Assembly (NCBI GenBank): GCA_965230295.1
Contig: OZ246001.1
Span: 32,001 to 96,000, forward strand
Source: Marinicella sp.
GTDB taxonomy: Bacteria; Pseudomonadota; Gammaproteobacteria; Xanthomonadales; Marinicellaceae
DNA length: 64,000 bases
Direction of reading: 5' to 3'
A program made the position numbers and the translations under genes. Numbering within the stretch: position 1 is the stretch's first letter; each line of letters begins with the position of its first letter. The notes below the pieces were generated by a model. That model had not been told where the DNA came from, made no database searches, and was given only the letters and a program-made list of their open reading frames with translations. Of the stretch, positions 49,987-60,877 are shown one piece after another.

Positions 49987-51159
49987 TCAACCTTGAGCTT
50001 CAGTCAGTTGATTGGTAATCAGTCGTTTCAAAGGCTTTATTCTTTGGCTGGCTTTGAGTAATAATTTCCTCGTCAACCGAGCCACTTGATGATCTTTGGT
50101 ATATAAAGTGACGATCAGATTGGTGCCATGAAACAATGTTCTGCAAATTCGATGGTGTTTCTCTCCAAAAGGTCGCAAACATTCAACAGAAAACCAAATT
50201 TTGTTTTGAGCTTTGGCTTGCTTGATGGTCGTTGCCAAAGTGTGTGCACCCCGAAGCCCTAAGTTGTAACCGTGAGCCGTTACAGGGTGCATCCCTACGG
50301 CAGCATCACCGATCAAAGCATACCTGTATCCATAAAATTGCTTAGCCAATGTTGCCACCAATGGATATGGGTACAATTCATTGTCGAAAGTCATTTGACC
50401 GAATTGATCATTCAATTGTGTTTGAATACCTAACGCCAATTCTTCCCGATCCATGGCTAACAGGTCATTGGTATATTCAGACTTAACCGTAATTACAATT
50501 GAAACCTTGTTGTCTTGTAGTGGCAAAACTGCCAGAGTCCGGTCATAAAAGAAATATTCACAGGCTGTGTTGTGGTGCGACTTTTCAGTGGTCATGGTAC
50601 TGACAATGCAACTGCGCCCAAAATCAAGCATGTGGGTGGCGATGCCCATTTGTCTTCGGGTGGCAGAAAGCCGACTGTCGGCAGAGACCAGCATTTGAGA
50701 ATCAATGACACTTCCATCTGTCAACTCAACCCATGATTTTTCAATACTCACACCCGTACTTTTGACTTCAACGCCTGTTTTTAGGTGAATATTCGAATGA
50801 CGTTTGATTAAATCATAAGCCGCTTTTTTGATGACATTGTTGGCCACCATGAACCCCAATTTAGTCTTGTCAGTCTCTGTGTAAGAAAACTTCAAAGAAT
50901 CTTTGGAATCTTCATTAAACACTTCGGCTTGGGTGATCTGAGAAATCGACTCTGGTGGCATCAAACCCCACATCCCGGAATCCGTCATGATTTTTTTCGA
51001 CAAGTGAGTCAAGGCAATTTCTCTGCCATCATAATCAGGATCAGCCAATTGTTGTTCAGCCTGCTTTTCAAGAATCAGGATATTCAGTCGGCTGGGGGCT
51101 AATAAAGCCGCTGCACTGAGACCAGCTGGCCCTCCTCCAATGATGATGACGTCGTACAT
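49987..51159 (-). CDS. ubiM: Ubiquinone biosynthesis FAD monooxygenase UbiM
   Basis: GGGPAG, DGREIALTH, GDAAVGMHPVTAHGYNLG. Confidence 0.85.
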   Translation of the reverse strand: MYDVIIIGGGPAGLSAAALLAPSRLNILILEKQAEQQLADPDYDGREIALTHLSKKIMTDSGMWGLMPPESISQITQAEVFNEDSKDSLKFSYTETDKTKLGFMVANNVIKKAAYDLIKRHSNIHLKTGVEVKSTGVSIEKSWVELTDGSVIDSQMLVSADSRLSATRRQMGIATHMLDFGRSCIVSTMTTEKSHHNTACEYFFYDRTLAVLPLQDNKVSIVITVKSEYTNDLLAMDREELALGIQTQLNDQFGQMTFDNELYPYPLVATLAKQFYGYRYALIGDAAVGMHPVTAHGYNLGLRGAHTLATTIKQAKAQNKIWFSVECLRPFGEKHHRICRTLFHGTNLIVTLYTKDHQVARLTRKLLLKASQRIKPLKRLITNQLTEAQG

Positions 51160-51327
51160 TACAGTTTATTCGTTTTGGAATGAGCCAATCATATTTCAAA
51201 AGCTGGACAGTTCACTTGATTCAAATCAATCCGGTCAAAAAATATTTGTAAAAATACATTTATTTAAACCAAACCACCCTTATATCCAAGAGCGAGCAAA
51301 ATATAAACTAACAAAAGGAGCAACGAC

Positions 51328-51906
51328 ATGTCATTTGAATTACCCACTTTGCCCTATGCAGACAATGCATTGGAGCCACACATTTCAGCTGAAACCATTC
51401 AATATCATTACGGCAAACACCACAACGCCTATGTCAATAACTTAAACAAAATGATCAAAAACACCGAGTTCGAAAACCTTTCATTGGAAGAAATCGTACT
51501 CAAGTCAGAAGGCGGGATGTTTAACAATGCCGCACAAATTTGGAACCACACCTTTTATTTCAATGGTTTCTCTCCAGAAGGTGGTGGCCAACCAACTGGC
51601 GAATTGGCGGATAAAATCAATGCCGCTTTCGGTAGCTTCGAAGCGTTCGTAGAACAATTCAATCAAACGGCCATGACCACCTTTGGTTCAGGCTGGGCCT
51701 GGCTGGTTCAAGATCAATCTGGTGAGCTGAAAATTGTCAACACGTTCAACGCAGGAACCCCTTTAACTGATGGCTTACACCCACTGTTAACTTGCGATGT
51801 CTGGGAACATGCTTACTATGTGGATACACGCAATGACCGAGGTGCCTATTTGAAGAATTTCTGGAGTCTAGTGAACTGGGATTTCGTTGCCAATAATTTG
51901 AAATAA
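51328..51906 (+). CDS. sodB: Fe superoxide dismutase
   Basis: [24 protein letters not shown]. Confidence 0.95.
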   Translation: MSFELPTLPYADNALEPHISAETIQYHYGKHHNAYVNNLNKMIKNTEFENLSLEEIVLKSEGGMFNNAAQIWNHTFYFNGFSPEGGGQPTGELADKINAAFGSFEAFVEQFNQTAMTTFGSGWAWLVQDQSGELKIVNTFNAGTPLTDGLHPLLTCDVWEHAYYVDTRNDRGAYLKNFWSLVNWDFVANNLK

Positions 51907-51918
51907 CTCCACTCAAAC

Positions 51919-51961
51919 AAACCAACATCGGGCATTGCAGTGACCTGGTGTTGGTTTTTTT
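51919..51961 (+). terminator. Terminator after sodB
   Basis: aaccaacatcggg...cctggtgttggtt stem followed by T run. Confidence 0.7.
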
Positions 51962-52019
51962 ATGCAAGCTGTAGATGATTTGTTATACTGAGACTTGCTT
52001 AACATCTTTATTTCATGGA

Positions 52020-52490
52020 ATGAACCTCACTCAATTACTGCTGTTTTCATTATTTTTTTCAAGCTGCTGTTTGGCAGAAATTCATAAATGGGTGGATGAA
52101 AACGGACAAATACATTACAGCGACAAAAAACCAGAAAACACCAAAACACAAGCTGTTGAAATCACCCCTTTTATCAATTCAAACCCAACAACATACCAAA
52201 TCAAAAATAAAGCCACTACAGAGCCAAGTCAAAATAATAAAAGTATTTACAAGAAAAAACACAAGGTTGTGATGTATGCAGCCAGTTGGTGCGGCTACTG
52301 TAAAAAAGCCAGGACTTTTTTCAGGAAAAATAACATCAGGTACCGCGAATATGACATCGAATCAGATGATCAAGCCAAACAAAGGTACGAAAAATTAGGT
52401 GGCTCAGGTGTCCCTTTGATTGTTTCAGGAAAAAAGAAAATGCAAGGCTTCAGTGAAAAAAGATTTGCCAGCTTTTACCAAGACCTGTAA
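52020..52490 (+). CDS. DUF4124 + glutaredoxin-like exported protein
   Basis: Signal peptide, IHKWVDENGQIHYSDK, WCGYC, GVP; ATG 52020 preferred over 51975. Confidence 0.85.
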   Translation: MNLTQLLLFSLFFSSCCLAEIHKWVDENGQIHYSDKKPENTKTQAVEITPFINSNPTTYQIKNKATTEPSQNNKSIYKKKHKVVMYAASWCGYCKKARTFFRKNNIRYREYDIESDDQAKQRYEKLGGSGVPLIVSGKKKMQGFSEKRFASFYQDL

Positions 52491-52520
52491 AAAAGCCGCA
52501 GCCTTAATGACTGCGGCTTA
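52489..52520. terminator. Terminator between convergent genes
   Basis: aagccgcag-ccttaatga-ctgcggctt with upstream A run. Confidence 0.75.
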
Positions 52521-52544
52521 GAGGGTTTAAACCCTGGTGAAATA

Positions 52545-55500
52545 TTAACTCACCACTGTGATGCTGGGCTCATCCGTTTTGTTGTCTTTGGATTTTTTCT
52601 TTCTGCTGAACAACCGTTTGGTACCTGACTTGATGTCAATACCTATGCCATACAAAGATGGCACCATCAACAGCGTCACAAAAAAGGCCATAAAGACACC
52701 AAAGGCCAAAGACACCACGATTGGCTGTAAGAATGCAGCCTGGATGGATCGCTCCATCATCATCGGCATCAAGCCCACAATGGTGGTTACTGAAGTCAAC
52801 AAGATCGGTCTGAACCTTGCCACACCGGCTTCTACAATGGCTTCCTTGGCATCCATACCTTTTTCACGTAACTTATTACAATAATCCATCAACACCAGGT
52901 TGTCATTGACCACCACCCCTGCCGCTGCGGCTATTCCAAAATAGCTGAAGATGGCCATGGTCATGTCCATGGCTGCATGCCCAACAATGGCGCCTACAAA
53001 AGCATAAGGAATGGCAATCAAGATCAAAATGGGTTGAGCGTAACTCTTGAATGCCACGGCCAATAAGGTATACATGGCAAAGAATGCTATTAAATACAAT
53101 CCCATAACTTCTTTAATAAAGCGTTGTTCGCCTTCTGCCTGTCCAACAGATCCTCTGATGATGCCAGGGTACTTGGCTTCCCAATCAGGGTAGAAGTTTT
53201 CTTCAAGGTCATTGTTGATGTCTTCACGCACATCGTCTTTTAAATCCGCACTGATGCGTGCAGCACGGTTACCGTTCCAGCGTTGGATGCTTTTGATGCC
53301 TGGTGCATACTCTAAGTCAGCAACCGACAACAGTGGTAATTCTCGGCCATCAGAAGTTCTGACAAAGAAATTATTCAGAGACTCTATTGATCTTCTTGAC
53401 TCAACTGGATAGCGAACTTTAACGCGGACATCCTGACCATTTCTGGGCACCCGTTGTACTTCTTCACCAAAATAGGCTTGTCGGACCTGGCGGTTCACAT
53501 CAGCCAAAGTTAAACCCAACTTGGTGGCGCCTGGTTTCAGGGTTAATCTGATTTCTTCGGAGGCACCTTCCAGGTTATTGCGCACATCATATAAGTTCTC
53601 ATAGGTACGCAGTTGGTCTTCCAGTTCATTGGTGGCAGCCCTTAGTACATCCAAATCAGGGTGTCTGATAGACAATTCATAAGCGGGATCGTTGTTGCCT
53701 TGGGTGTATTGTACAGAGACCTCTTTGGCATCTGGAACATCACCCATCAACTCACGCAAGCGCACCGATGCATCTTTGGCAGTCATGCTTTGCACCGCTT
53801 CAGGTCGTTCTTCAGGTGGCGTTAATTTCACAATGGCAATCACACTGTCACGTCTTGAACGTGTGTACCAATTTTCAATCAAACCACCTTGACCGTCGGT
53901 TTTCTCGTTGACCTCTTCTTCCAATGCTTTTTCAGCGGTTTGCAACTGAGCCAATATCTCCAGTGCTCTGCTGTACGGCGCACCTTCAGGCAACACCACA
54001 TTGACAATGATTTCATCTGATTCAATTTCAGGCATAAAGCTTTTCTTCACCAAGCCATTGCCAAACATACCAAAACCAATGATTAATAGACCCAAGAATA
54101 CGCTGGTGGTTAAGTAGCGATTTCGCAATGCGAACTCACCTATTCGGCGATAATGGTTGTGAGCAAAATTAATGATGCTGTGTGAAATGGCTTTTTGCAT
54201 GCGACCAAAGCGATTTTGGTCTTTGCGTGGTTTCATGGTTGATAAATGTGCCGGTAAAATCAACAGCGATTCAATCAAGGAAAAGGTCAGTGCCAGGATC
54301 ACCACCCAAGTGATGTGCCTGGTGAACTCGCTGGTGGAACCTCCCAAGAACAACCATGGCATGAACGCCATGATGGTGGTAAGTACACCAAATATAACGG
54401 GTTTGGATACCAATTGTGCGCCCGAGATTGCAGATTTAACTCCACCGCCTAAGCGATTGGATTCGGTGTGAATACCCTCACCCACCACAATCGCATCATC
54501 TACCACGATCCCTAATACCAGTAAGAAGGCGAATGTAGACAACATGTTCAAGGAAACACCAACAGTTGGCAAGAAGACAAATGCCCCGGCATAAGCTGTG
54601 GCAATACCTACAGCCACCCAAAATGCCACCCTGGGCCTTAAAGTCAACATCAAGATAAACAGCACCAACACCAAGCCCATAAAGGCCGATGAACTGATGG
54701 TTTCCATCCGCCCTTTGAAATCTTCTGCCTGGTCATTCCATAACGTCAATTTGGCACCATTGGGTAGCGTACCCTGTTTTTCAGCAATCCATTTTCTTAC
54801 CGATTCTGATGCTTTGACAATGTCCATGATTTCAGTGGTCATCACTTGGATCAACACACCGGGCTCACCATTCAAAGTGGCTAAAATGGGATTGTCTTCG
54901 AAACCATCAATCACTGTGGCCACATCGCCCACTCTGATGACGCCACCACCCGCGGTTTCTTTAACGATGATGTCCGAAAACTCAGCTTCGGTATCGGCTT
55001 GGCTTCGGACCTTCAATTGGTATGTGCCAACTTCGGTTCTGACAGTTCCGGAAGATTGATTCATCGATGAATTTCTGATTGCAGTGGCCACATCTGAAAA
55101 TGTTATGCCATAACGTTTTAAGGCATCCTCTCCAACCTCAATGGAGATTTCTTCTTCTCTGGTACCAAACAACTGCACCACAGTAATCGCTGGTAACTGG
55201 GCCACTTCACGGCGCAGTTTTTCTGCCAGGCGTTTGAGTTCTCTCTCGGTTAAATCACCATGTACCGCAACTCGGATAAACTCATCTCGGTTGACCCATT
55301 GCTGAACGATGGGTTGTTCTATATCTCCCGGGAAGGTTGAGATGGAATCGACTCGAATCTTCACATCATTCATGAACTGGTTAAAGTCCACTTGTTGTTC
55401 AGCCAGGATGTAGACTTGTCCTATGCCTTCTCTGGAAGAAGACCGTACCCATTCAATGGCATCCATATCACTGACAGATTCTTCGATTCTGGCCACCAGT

Positions 55501-55688
55501 TGCTCTTCAACGTCTTGTGGTGATGCACCCGGCCAAGCCACACTGATTTGCAAACCTGGAAACCTGACTTGAGGATCCATTTCACGTTCCAGAGAGTTGA
55601 ATCCAATGATACCGGCCACAAAGATACCAACCATCACTAAATTGGCCGCGACTGTGTTATTTGCCCACCAGGCTATTAAACGATTCAT
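52545..55688 (-). CDS. RND efflux transporter permease (AcrB family)
   Basis: GIVVDDAIVVGE, GVVVND, RFRPILLTS. Confidence 0.95.
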   Translation of the reverse strand: MNRLIAWWANNTVAANLVMVGIFVAGIIGFNSLEREMDPQVRFPGLQISVAWPGASPQDVEEQLVARIEESVSDMDAIEWVRSSSREGIGQVYILAEQQVDFNQFMNDVKIRVDSISTFPGDIEQPIVQQWVNRDEFIRVAVHGDLTERELKRLAEKLRREVAQLPAITVVQLFGTREEEISIEVGEDALKRYGITFSDVATAIRNSSMNQSSGTVRTEVGTYQLKVRSQADTEAEFSDIIVKETAGGGVIRVGDVATVIDGFEDNPILATLNGEPGVLIQVMTTEIMDIVKASESVRKWIAEKQGTLPNGAKLTLWNDQAEDFKGRMETISSSAFMGLVLVLFILMLTLRPRVAFWVAVGIATAYAGAFVFLPTVGVSLNMLSTFAFLLVLGIVVDDAIVVGEGIHTESNRLGGGVKSAISGAQLVSKPVIFGVLTTIMAFMPWLFLGGSTSEFTRHITWVVILALTFSLIESLLILPAHLSTMKPRKDQNRFGRMQKAISHSIINFAHNHYRRIGEFALRNRYLTTSVFLGLLIIGFGMFGNGLVKKSFMPEIESDEIIVNVVLPEGAPYSRALEILAQLQTAEKALEEEVNEKTDGQGGLIENWYTRSRRDSVIAIVKLTPPEERPEAVQSMTAKDASVRLRELMGDVPDAKEVSVQYTQGNNDPAYELSIRHPDLDVLRAATNELEDQLRTYENLYDVRNNLEGASEEIRLTLKPGATKLGLTLADVNRQVRQAYFGEEVQRVPRNGQDVRVKVRYPVESRRSIESLNNFFVRTSDGRELPLLSVADLEYAPGIKSIQRWNGNRAARISADLKDDVREDINNDLEENFYPDWEAKYPGIIRGSVGQAEGEQRFIKEVMGLYLIAFFAMYTLLAVAFKSYAQPILILIAIPYAFVGAIVGHAAMDMTMAIFSYFGIAAAAGVVVNDNLVLMDYCNKLREKGMDAKEAIVEAGVARFRPILLTSVTTIVGLMPMMMERSIQAAFLQPIVVSLAFGVFMAFFVTLLMVPSLYGIGIDIKSGTKRLFSRKKKSKDNKTDEPSITVVS

Positions 55689-55719
55689 AGTTCTACCTTC
55701 TATTGATTGTTTATTTAAA

Positions 55720-56922
55720 TTAAAGTTGAGTGACCAATTCTTCTGCTTCTACTGCGGGCTCTTCACCTTTGACAATAGGCTCAACCAACATGCCTTGTGC
55801 AGCATTGGGCAAAGTAGACACAGCAACCTTTTCACCCACGCTGACACCTGCACTCAACAGAACCTGATCTTCTGAAGTTGAAATCACTTCAACTGAACGA
55901 ATGTCTAATTTATTTTCAGTGTCAACCACATAAACTTTATCGGCATTTCTCAAGGCATCTCTGGGTATCACCATCGCTTGTTTGGATTCCACACCTTCAA
56001 TATTGGCGTGAACGAACATCCCCACTGCAAAAGGCACACCAAAATCAGCACCTTCTCCATAAGGGTCCTGAACTTCAGCTATGGCATAAACCAATCTGGT
56101 TTCTTGATCAAATGAGGCATTGATGCGAATGATGCGGCCTTCCCAGCTGTGCTTGGCTCGACCCATTTCAGTACTGAACTCAACCAATGGGCCTTCGCCA
56201 GACTCAGCCATATACCCCATGGGCAGATCCAATTCAGTCAACTGGATGTCGGTTAAAGGCAGCCTCACTTCGACCGTATCAACAGAGAAAACCTTACCCA
56301 ATTGTGTACCTGCTGTGATGTATTGACCTACACCCACCAATCTATTCACAACGCGGCCTTTGAATGGCACTTTGATTTCAGTCCTGGCCACATTCAACTG
56401 GGCTTCCTTCAGGTTGGCTTTGGCTGCTCTGAGCTGAGCTTTAGCTTCTTGAACCTGAGGCTTGTTCAAAGCAAAATCTGTGGGTTTAACATTGCCGTTT
56501 TTCTGTAGCCAAGTGTCTTTTTTCATTTCAGCATTGGCCAGTTCACGTTCCAAACTGACTTGCGCTGCTGCCACTTCTGCTTCAGCCCTGATCACAGCCA
56601 CCTTGTAATCGGTGTCATCAATTTTGATCAATGTGGTTTCTGAATCAAATTGTGCACCTTCGGCAAATGAATCTGAAATACTGACCACATGTCCTGATAC
56701 GCGTGAAGTCAGATCAATTTCCGTTTTAGGTTTGACCTCACCTTGTGTTTCCACACCTGGGGTGATGGTTTCACTGGTGACTTCATCAACATAGAGTGAA
56801 ATCAATCGTTGGGTGGGTTCTTTTTTCTCCGGTTCAGGTTTGGCAGCTGCCAATGCTTGAACCACATAAACACTGATGACCAGAACCAGAACTGGCGCTA
56901 TGACTTTAACTAATGTTTTCAC
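55720..56922 (-). CDS. RND periplasmic adaptor (MFP) subunit
   Basis: N-terminal TM, barrel/lipoyl/hairpin features (RVSGHV, RTEIKVPFKGRV); GTG start with AGAGG RBS. Confidence 0.92.
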   Translation of the reverse strand: MKTLVKVIAPVLVLVISVYVVQALAAAKPEPEKKEPTQRLISLYVDEVTSETITPGVETQGEVKPKTEIDLTSRVSGHVVSISDSFAEGAQFDSETTLIKIDDTDYKVAVIRAEAEVAAAQVSLERELANAEMKKDTWLQKNGNVKPTDFALNKPQVQEAKAQLRAAKANLKEAQLNVARTEIKVPFKGRVVNRLVGVGQYITAGTQLGKVFSVDTVEVRLPLTDIQLTELDLPMGYMAESGEGPLVEFSTEMGRAKHSWEGRIIRINASFDQETRLVYAIAEVQDPYGEGADFGVPFAVGMFVHANIEGVESKQAMVIPRDALRNADKVYVVDTENKLDIRSVEVISTSEDQVLLSAGVSVGEKVAVSTLPNAAQGMLVEPIVKGEEPAVEAEELVTQL

Positions 56923-56958
56923 GACTTATTCCTCTATTAATGAAGGTTGATTAGCTGA

Positions 56959-56986
56959 TTAACGTGGGAAAAGATCGATAGTTACA
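56959..56986 (-). promoter_or_regulatory. Putative ECF sigma promoter TGTAAC-N16-CGTTAA
   Basis: Same architecture as 3148-3175; lies upstream of the RND operon. Confidence 0.45.
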
Positions 56987-57245
56987 AAATTTTATTAGAT
57001 TCAGTACTTTTGGCCTATATCAGTTAAATACATGACCTAAAAACTTCTGAAATACTTCTTCCCACATCCTGTTCTTTTATTATTTGAACATGGAATTGGC
57101 CTCACAATCATGGGCTGATAGTCACCTATTACCGCTTATTTCGTAGGCCATTAGTCATGGTTGAAGACAGACCCCTGACTTTCGGCATACCCAAGATCTG
57201 TAGATTTACGCTATAGTAATAAGGGTTCAAAAAGAGGATACAGCC

Positions 57246-58715
57246 ATGGCACAGCCAACTGACACAAACAATCACAACCTGCCCATCAAGTTAGATTCAA
57301 CCAGTAATGGCGAGTTTTCACCCATACAACTGGAGCAACCGCAACAAGATGCCAACACAATGGCACACGACCAAGCCACAATCCATGCCAAAAAACACAA
57401 CCAAACCCGGCGGTCGTTCCTCAAATCCAGTTGTGGCGCCGCATCGACCTTATTGGCATTCAATACGGCCTTTGCTAACCACGGGTTAACCGGTGGCTAT
57501 TATGCACTGTCAGCAGATTCAGCCAAAGATTCAGACCTGGCAAAGCATGAAGTGATTGGCCAAGAATTCATTTTTGATGTGCAAGGACATTTTGTTAATC
57601 CCAATGGCGACTGGTTAAAAAAACTACCTGATACAGCCAAACCCCTGTCATTCATGCCCAAGGCCCAGTGTGACTTGGCCACCAATGAATCCAACCGCAG
57701 TTACCTGAAATGTTTAGGCAGTGATGAATTCATCAAAGATGTGTTTATGGACTCTGATACAGATTTGATGGTTTTGTCGTTCGTGCCCTCGGCTGCGGAC
57801 AATGAACCCTTGACCATCCAAGAAGCCGATGCCACCAGACAAATCATTGCTGATATGGAAGGTGATCATCGCTTGTTGTTGCATGGCCGGGTCAACCCCA
57901 ATCAACCTGGAGACTTGGAAGGTATGGATGCCCTGGCCGAAGAATGGAAGGTGTCCGCTTTTAAAACTTACACCCAATTTGGCCCTGAAGGCGTTGGTTA
58001 TTGGCTGACTGACGATGTGGGTGTGGCGATGATTGAGAAAGCACAAAAATTAGGCGTGAAGAACATTTGTATTCACAAAGGGATTCCATTTGGCCCCAAA
58101 TCATTTGAGCACAGTTTATGTAATGACATTGGGGCCGCGGCCAAAATGTATCCCGACACCAATTTCATTGTCTACCATTCAGGCTTTGATCATGGCTTCA
58201 CTGAAAAAGAATTCACTGAAGACAGTGAAAACCGTGGCATCAATTCATTGATTCATTCGGTGCGCAAACATGGCATCAAACCCGGCGGTAATGTCTATGC
58301 CGAACTGGGCAGCACCTGGCGGTTTTTGATGCGTGACCCGAATCAAGCGGCACACGCCATGGGTAAAATGCTGAAATACCTCGGTCCTGACAACATCCTG
58401 TGGGGCACGGACTCGATTTGGTATGGTTCACCACAAGACCAAATTCAGGCATTCAGAACGTTCCAAATTTCAAAAGAGTTTCAAGAGCAGTTTGGTTATG
58501 GATCGATCACTGATGACATCAGAGCGAAAATTTTTGGCCTCAATGCCACCAAACCCTATCAGATCAGTGCCCAAGAGGTGGCCAAGTTCATTCAGAAAGA
58601 TGGCATTGCCATGAACAAACAAAACTACCTGAATAACCCCAACCCACATTTTCGAACATATGGTCCAAAGACCAGGCGGGAATTTTTAAATTTGATGAGC
58701 TGGGAAAACGCTTAA
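57246..58715 (+). CDS. Amidohydrolase family (TIM-barrel) protein with Tat-like motif
   Basis: DVQGH, CIHKG, VYHSG, WGTDSIWYGSPQ; TRRSFLK at residues 54-60. Confidence 0.8.
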   Translation: MAQPTDTNNHNLPIKLDSTSNGEFSPIQLEQPQQDANTMAHDQATIHAKKHNQTRRSFLKSSCGAASTLLAFNTAFANHGLTGGYYALSADSAKDSDLAKHEVIGQEFIFDVQGHFVNPNGDWLKKLPDTAKPLSFMPKAQCDLATNESNRSYLKCLGSDEFIKDVFMDSDTDLMVLSFVPSAADNEPLTIQEADATRQIIADMEGDHRLLLHGRVNPNQPGDLEGMDALAEEWKVSAFKTYTQFGPEGVGYWLTDDVGVAMIEKAQKLGVKNICIHKGIPFGPKSFEHSLCNDIGAAAKMYPDTNFIVYHSGFDHGFTEKEFTEDSENRGINSLIHSVRKHGIKPGGNVYAELGSTWRFLMRDPNQAAHAMGKMLKYLGPDNILWGTDSIWYGSPQDQIQAFRTFQISKEFQEQFGYGSITDDIRAKIFGLNATKPYQISAQEVAKFIQKDGIAMNKQNYLNNPNPHFRTYGPKTRREFLNLMSWENA

Positions 58716-59296
58716 TCCAAATGTAAGAACTTGTCTTGTTTGGTTTGTAAGTAGCTTTGGTTGTGGGTGTTTTGGCCCACCTTGATGGGAATGCGATCCA
58801 CCACCTTTACCCCTTGAGACTCTATGGATTTGATTTTCTCAGGGTTATTGGTCATCAGTTTGACTTGAGTAACACCCATGTGTTGAAACACGTCTGCCAG
58901 CATATCGTAACTGCGGTTATCTGGCGGGTGGCCCAGTTTAACATTGGCATCGAAGGTGTCCATACCCTGATCTTGTAATTGATAGGCTTTGATTTTTTCG
59001 GTCAAACCGATGCCTCGACCTTCCTGTCGCAGGTAAATGATCATGCCTTTCTTGGCTTGAGCGATCTGCTCCATGGCATAGGCCAATTGTGGCCCACAGT
59101 CACAGCGCAGGCTGAATAAACCATCGCCGGTTAAACATTCAGAATGCACGCGGGTTAACACCGCCTCATCAGAAGATAAATCGCCATGCGCCAGTACCAA
59201 ATGTTCTTGTCCATGGTGTTCAAATACATGAATGATGAAGTCACCATAAGCGGTGGGCAATTGTGCTTGGGTGATGAATTGCGTCGCTTGACTCAT
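58712..59296 (-). CDS. ribA: GTP cyclohydrolase II
   Basis: RVHSECLTGD, RCDCG, QEGRGIGL, TNNP. Confidence 0.96.
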   Translation of the reverse strand: MSQATQFITQAQLPTAYGDFIIHVFEHHGQEHLVLAHGDLSSDEAVLTRVHSECLTGDGLFSLRCDCGPQLAYAMEQIAQAKKGMIIYLRQEGRGIGLTEKIKAYQLQDQGMDTFDANVKLGHPPDNRSYDMLADVFQHMGVTQVKLMTNNPEKIKSIESQGVKVVDRIPIKVGQNTHNQSYLQTKQDKFLHLD

Positions 59297-59301
59297 GAGA
59301 C

Positions 59302-59736
59302 TTACAGGTCCAGTTCCTTGCGCAAACGCAGCAAAGCCACTGCGGCTTGTGCAGCTTCTTTGCCTTTGTTTTCCTTACCCAAGGTTTCATCCACACTGGA
59401 TCGGGCCAGGGCTTGTTTTTCATTTTCAACGGTAATGATGCCATTACCGATGGGGATGTTTTTTTCCAATGACACATTCATGATGCCTCGAGCGCTTTGC
59501 TCACAGACGTGGTCAAAGTGGGCCGTTTCTCCTCTGATGACTGCACCCAGAGCCACGATGGCATCAAAAGCCTCCGTATCAGCCAGGTATTGACAAGCCA
59601 GTGGTACTTCAAGCGCACCAGGCACGTCAAAACGCTCGTGTTCAATGTTTTCCCTGATCAGGTAATTAACAGCACCTTGATACAGACCGTCGTTGATGTG
59701 TCGGTAAAAGGGTGCCGTAATGATCGCTACTTTCAT
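59302..59736 (-). CDS. ribH: 6,7-dimethyl-8-ribityllumazine synthase
   Basis: VPGALEVP, GAVIRGETAHF, NKGKEAA. Confidence 0.95.
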   Translation of the reverse strand: MKVAIITAPFYRHINDGLYQGAVNYLIRENIEHERFDVPGALEVPLACQYLADTEAFDAIVALGAVIRGETAHFDHVCEQSARGIMNVSLEKNIPIGNGIITVENEKQALARSSVDETLGKENKGKEAAQAAVALLRLRKELDL

Positions 59737-59751
59737 GTCTGCTCCTGTTGA

Positions 59752-60864
59752 TTATCCTTTGTATGAAATGAATTCAGTGATTTCCAAACCGAACCCAGAC
59801 AGCGCTGGGAATCGAATTTCAGGGCTCATCAATTGCATTTTGCCCACATTCAAGCTTTTGAGGATCTGTGAACCGATACCAACATTTTGGTAAGCATAGT
59901 TTTCTTTGGTTTTTCTGGCTCCAATTTCATCGATTTCTATGGGTACCGACTCATTGGAATTCAAAATCACCATCACCCCACTGCCATTATCTGCAATGGT
60001 TTTCATGGCGCGTTGTGCGGTCCAATATTGATCACTAGAGTCCAACCCTCGCAATTCTCTGAAAAAATGTCCGTATTGCACCCTGACTGGTACAGCTTCA
60101 TCTGGCTTTAAATCGCCCAAAAAGAAAGCCAAGTGTTCGGTATCGGTGATGCGATCAGTGAATTTCTTGACTTGAAAAGTACCCCACTGGGTGTCGTAAG
60201 TGAATTCATCTTGAACGGATACGGTGGTCTCATTCATCATGCGGTATTCGATCAAGTCAGCGATGGTACCAATCTTTAAGTCATGTTGTTGTGAAAATTT
60301 AATCAAATCTTCTCGTCTGGCCATGCTGCCATCGTCATTCATGATCTCCACAATCACCGATGCAGGAGTCCTGCCGGCCAGTTTGGCAATATCACAACCG
60401 GCTTCGGTGTGACCGGCTCGTGACAGCACACCACCTTGTTGTGCCATCAATGGGAATATATGTCCTGGCATCACCAAATCGCTGGGTTTAGCGTTGACTT
60501 GCACGGCATCGATCACCGTTTTGTATCGGTCATAAGCAGAAATTCCTGTGGTGATGCCTTCGGCCGCATCGATTGAGACGGTGAAATTGGTGGCCAGTTG
60601 TGCGGTGTTGTTGTCAACCATCAAAGGCAACTCGAGCCGTTTGCATTGTTCGGGCATCAAGGTCAAACACAACAGGCCTCTGGCATGTTTGGCCATGAAG
60701 TTAACCACTTCCGGGGTAATGGCATTGGCTGCAATGACCAAATCCCCTTCATTTTCACGGTCTTCATCATCCATCATGATAACCATTTTGCCGTCTTTGA
60801 TGTCAGCAATCAGTTCTTCGGTGCTGTTTAAGGTTAATTTATTGCTTTGTTCGACTATTTTCAT
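59752..60864 (-). CDS. ribB: DHBP synthase fused to degenerate GTP cyclohydrolase II domain (RibBX-type)
   Basis: DDEDRENEGD, GHIFPL, RAGHTEA; C-terminal domain lacks the Zn cysteines. Confidence 0.92.
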   Translation of the reverse strand: MKIVEQSNKLTLNSTEELIADIKDGKMVIMMDDEDRENEGDLVIAANAITPEVVNFMAKHARGLLCLTLMPEQCKRLELPLMVDNNTAQLATNFTVSIDAAEGITTGISAYDRYKTVIDAVQVNAKPSDLVMPGHIFPLMAQQGGVLSRAGHTEAGCDIAKLAGRTPASVIVEIMNDDGSMARREDLIKFSQQHDLKIGTIADLIEYRMMNETTVSVQDEFTYDTQWGTFQVKKFTDRITDTEHLAFFLGDLKPDEAVPVRVQYGHFFRELRGLDSSDQYWTAQRAMKTIADNGSGVMVILNSNESVPIEIDEIGARKTKENYAYQNVGIGSQILKSLNVGKMQLMSPEIRFPALSGFGLEITEFISYKG

Positions 60865-60877
60865 ATGTCACTCCTGC

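Noticed and set aside
52545-56922. RND pump lacking an outer-membrane factor gene
   Set aside because: Common; TolC-like channels are often encoded elsewhere
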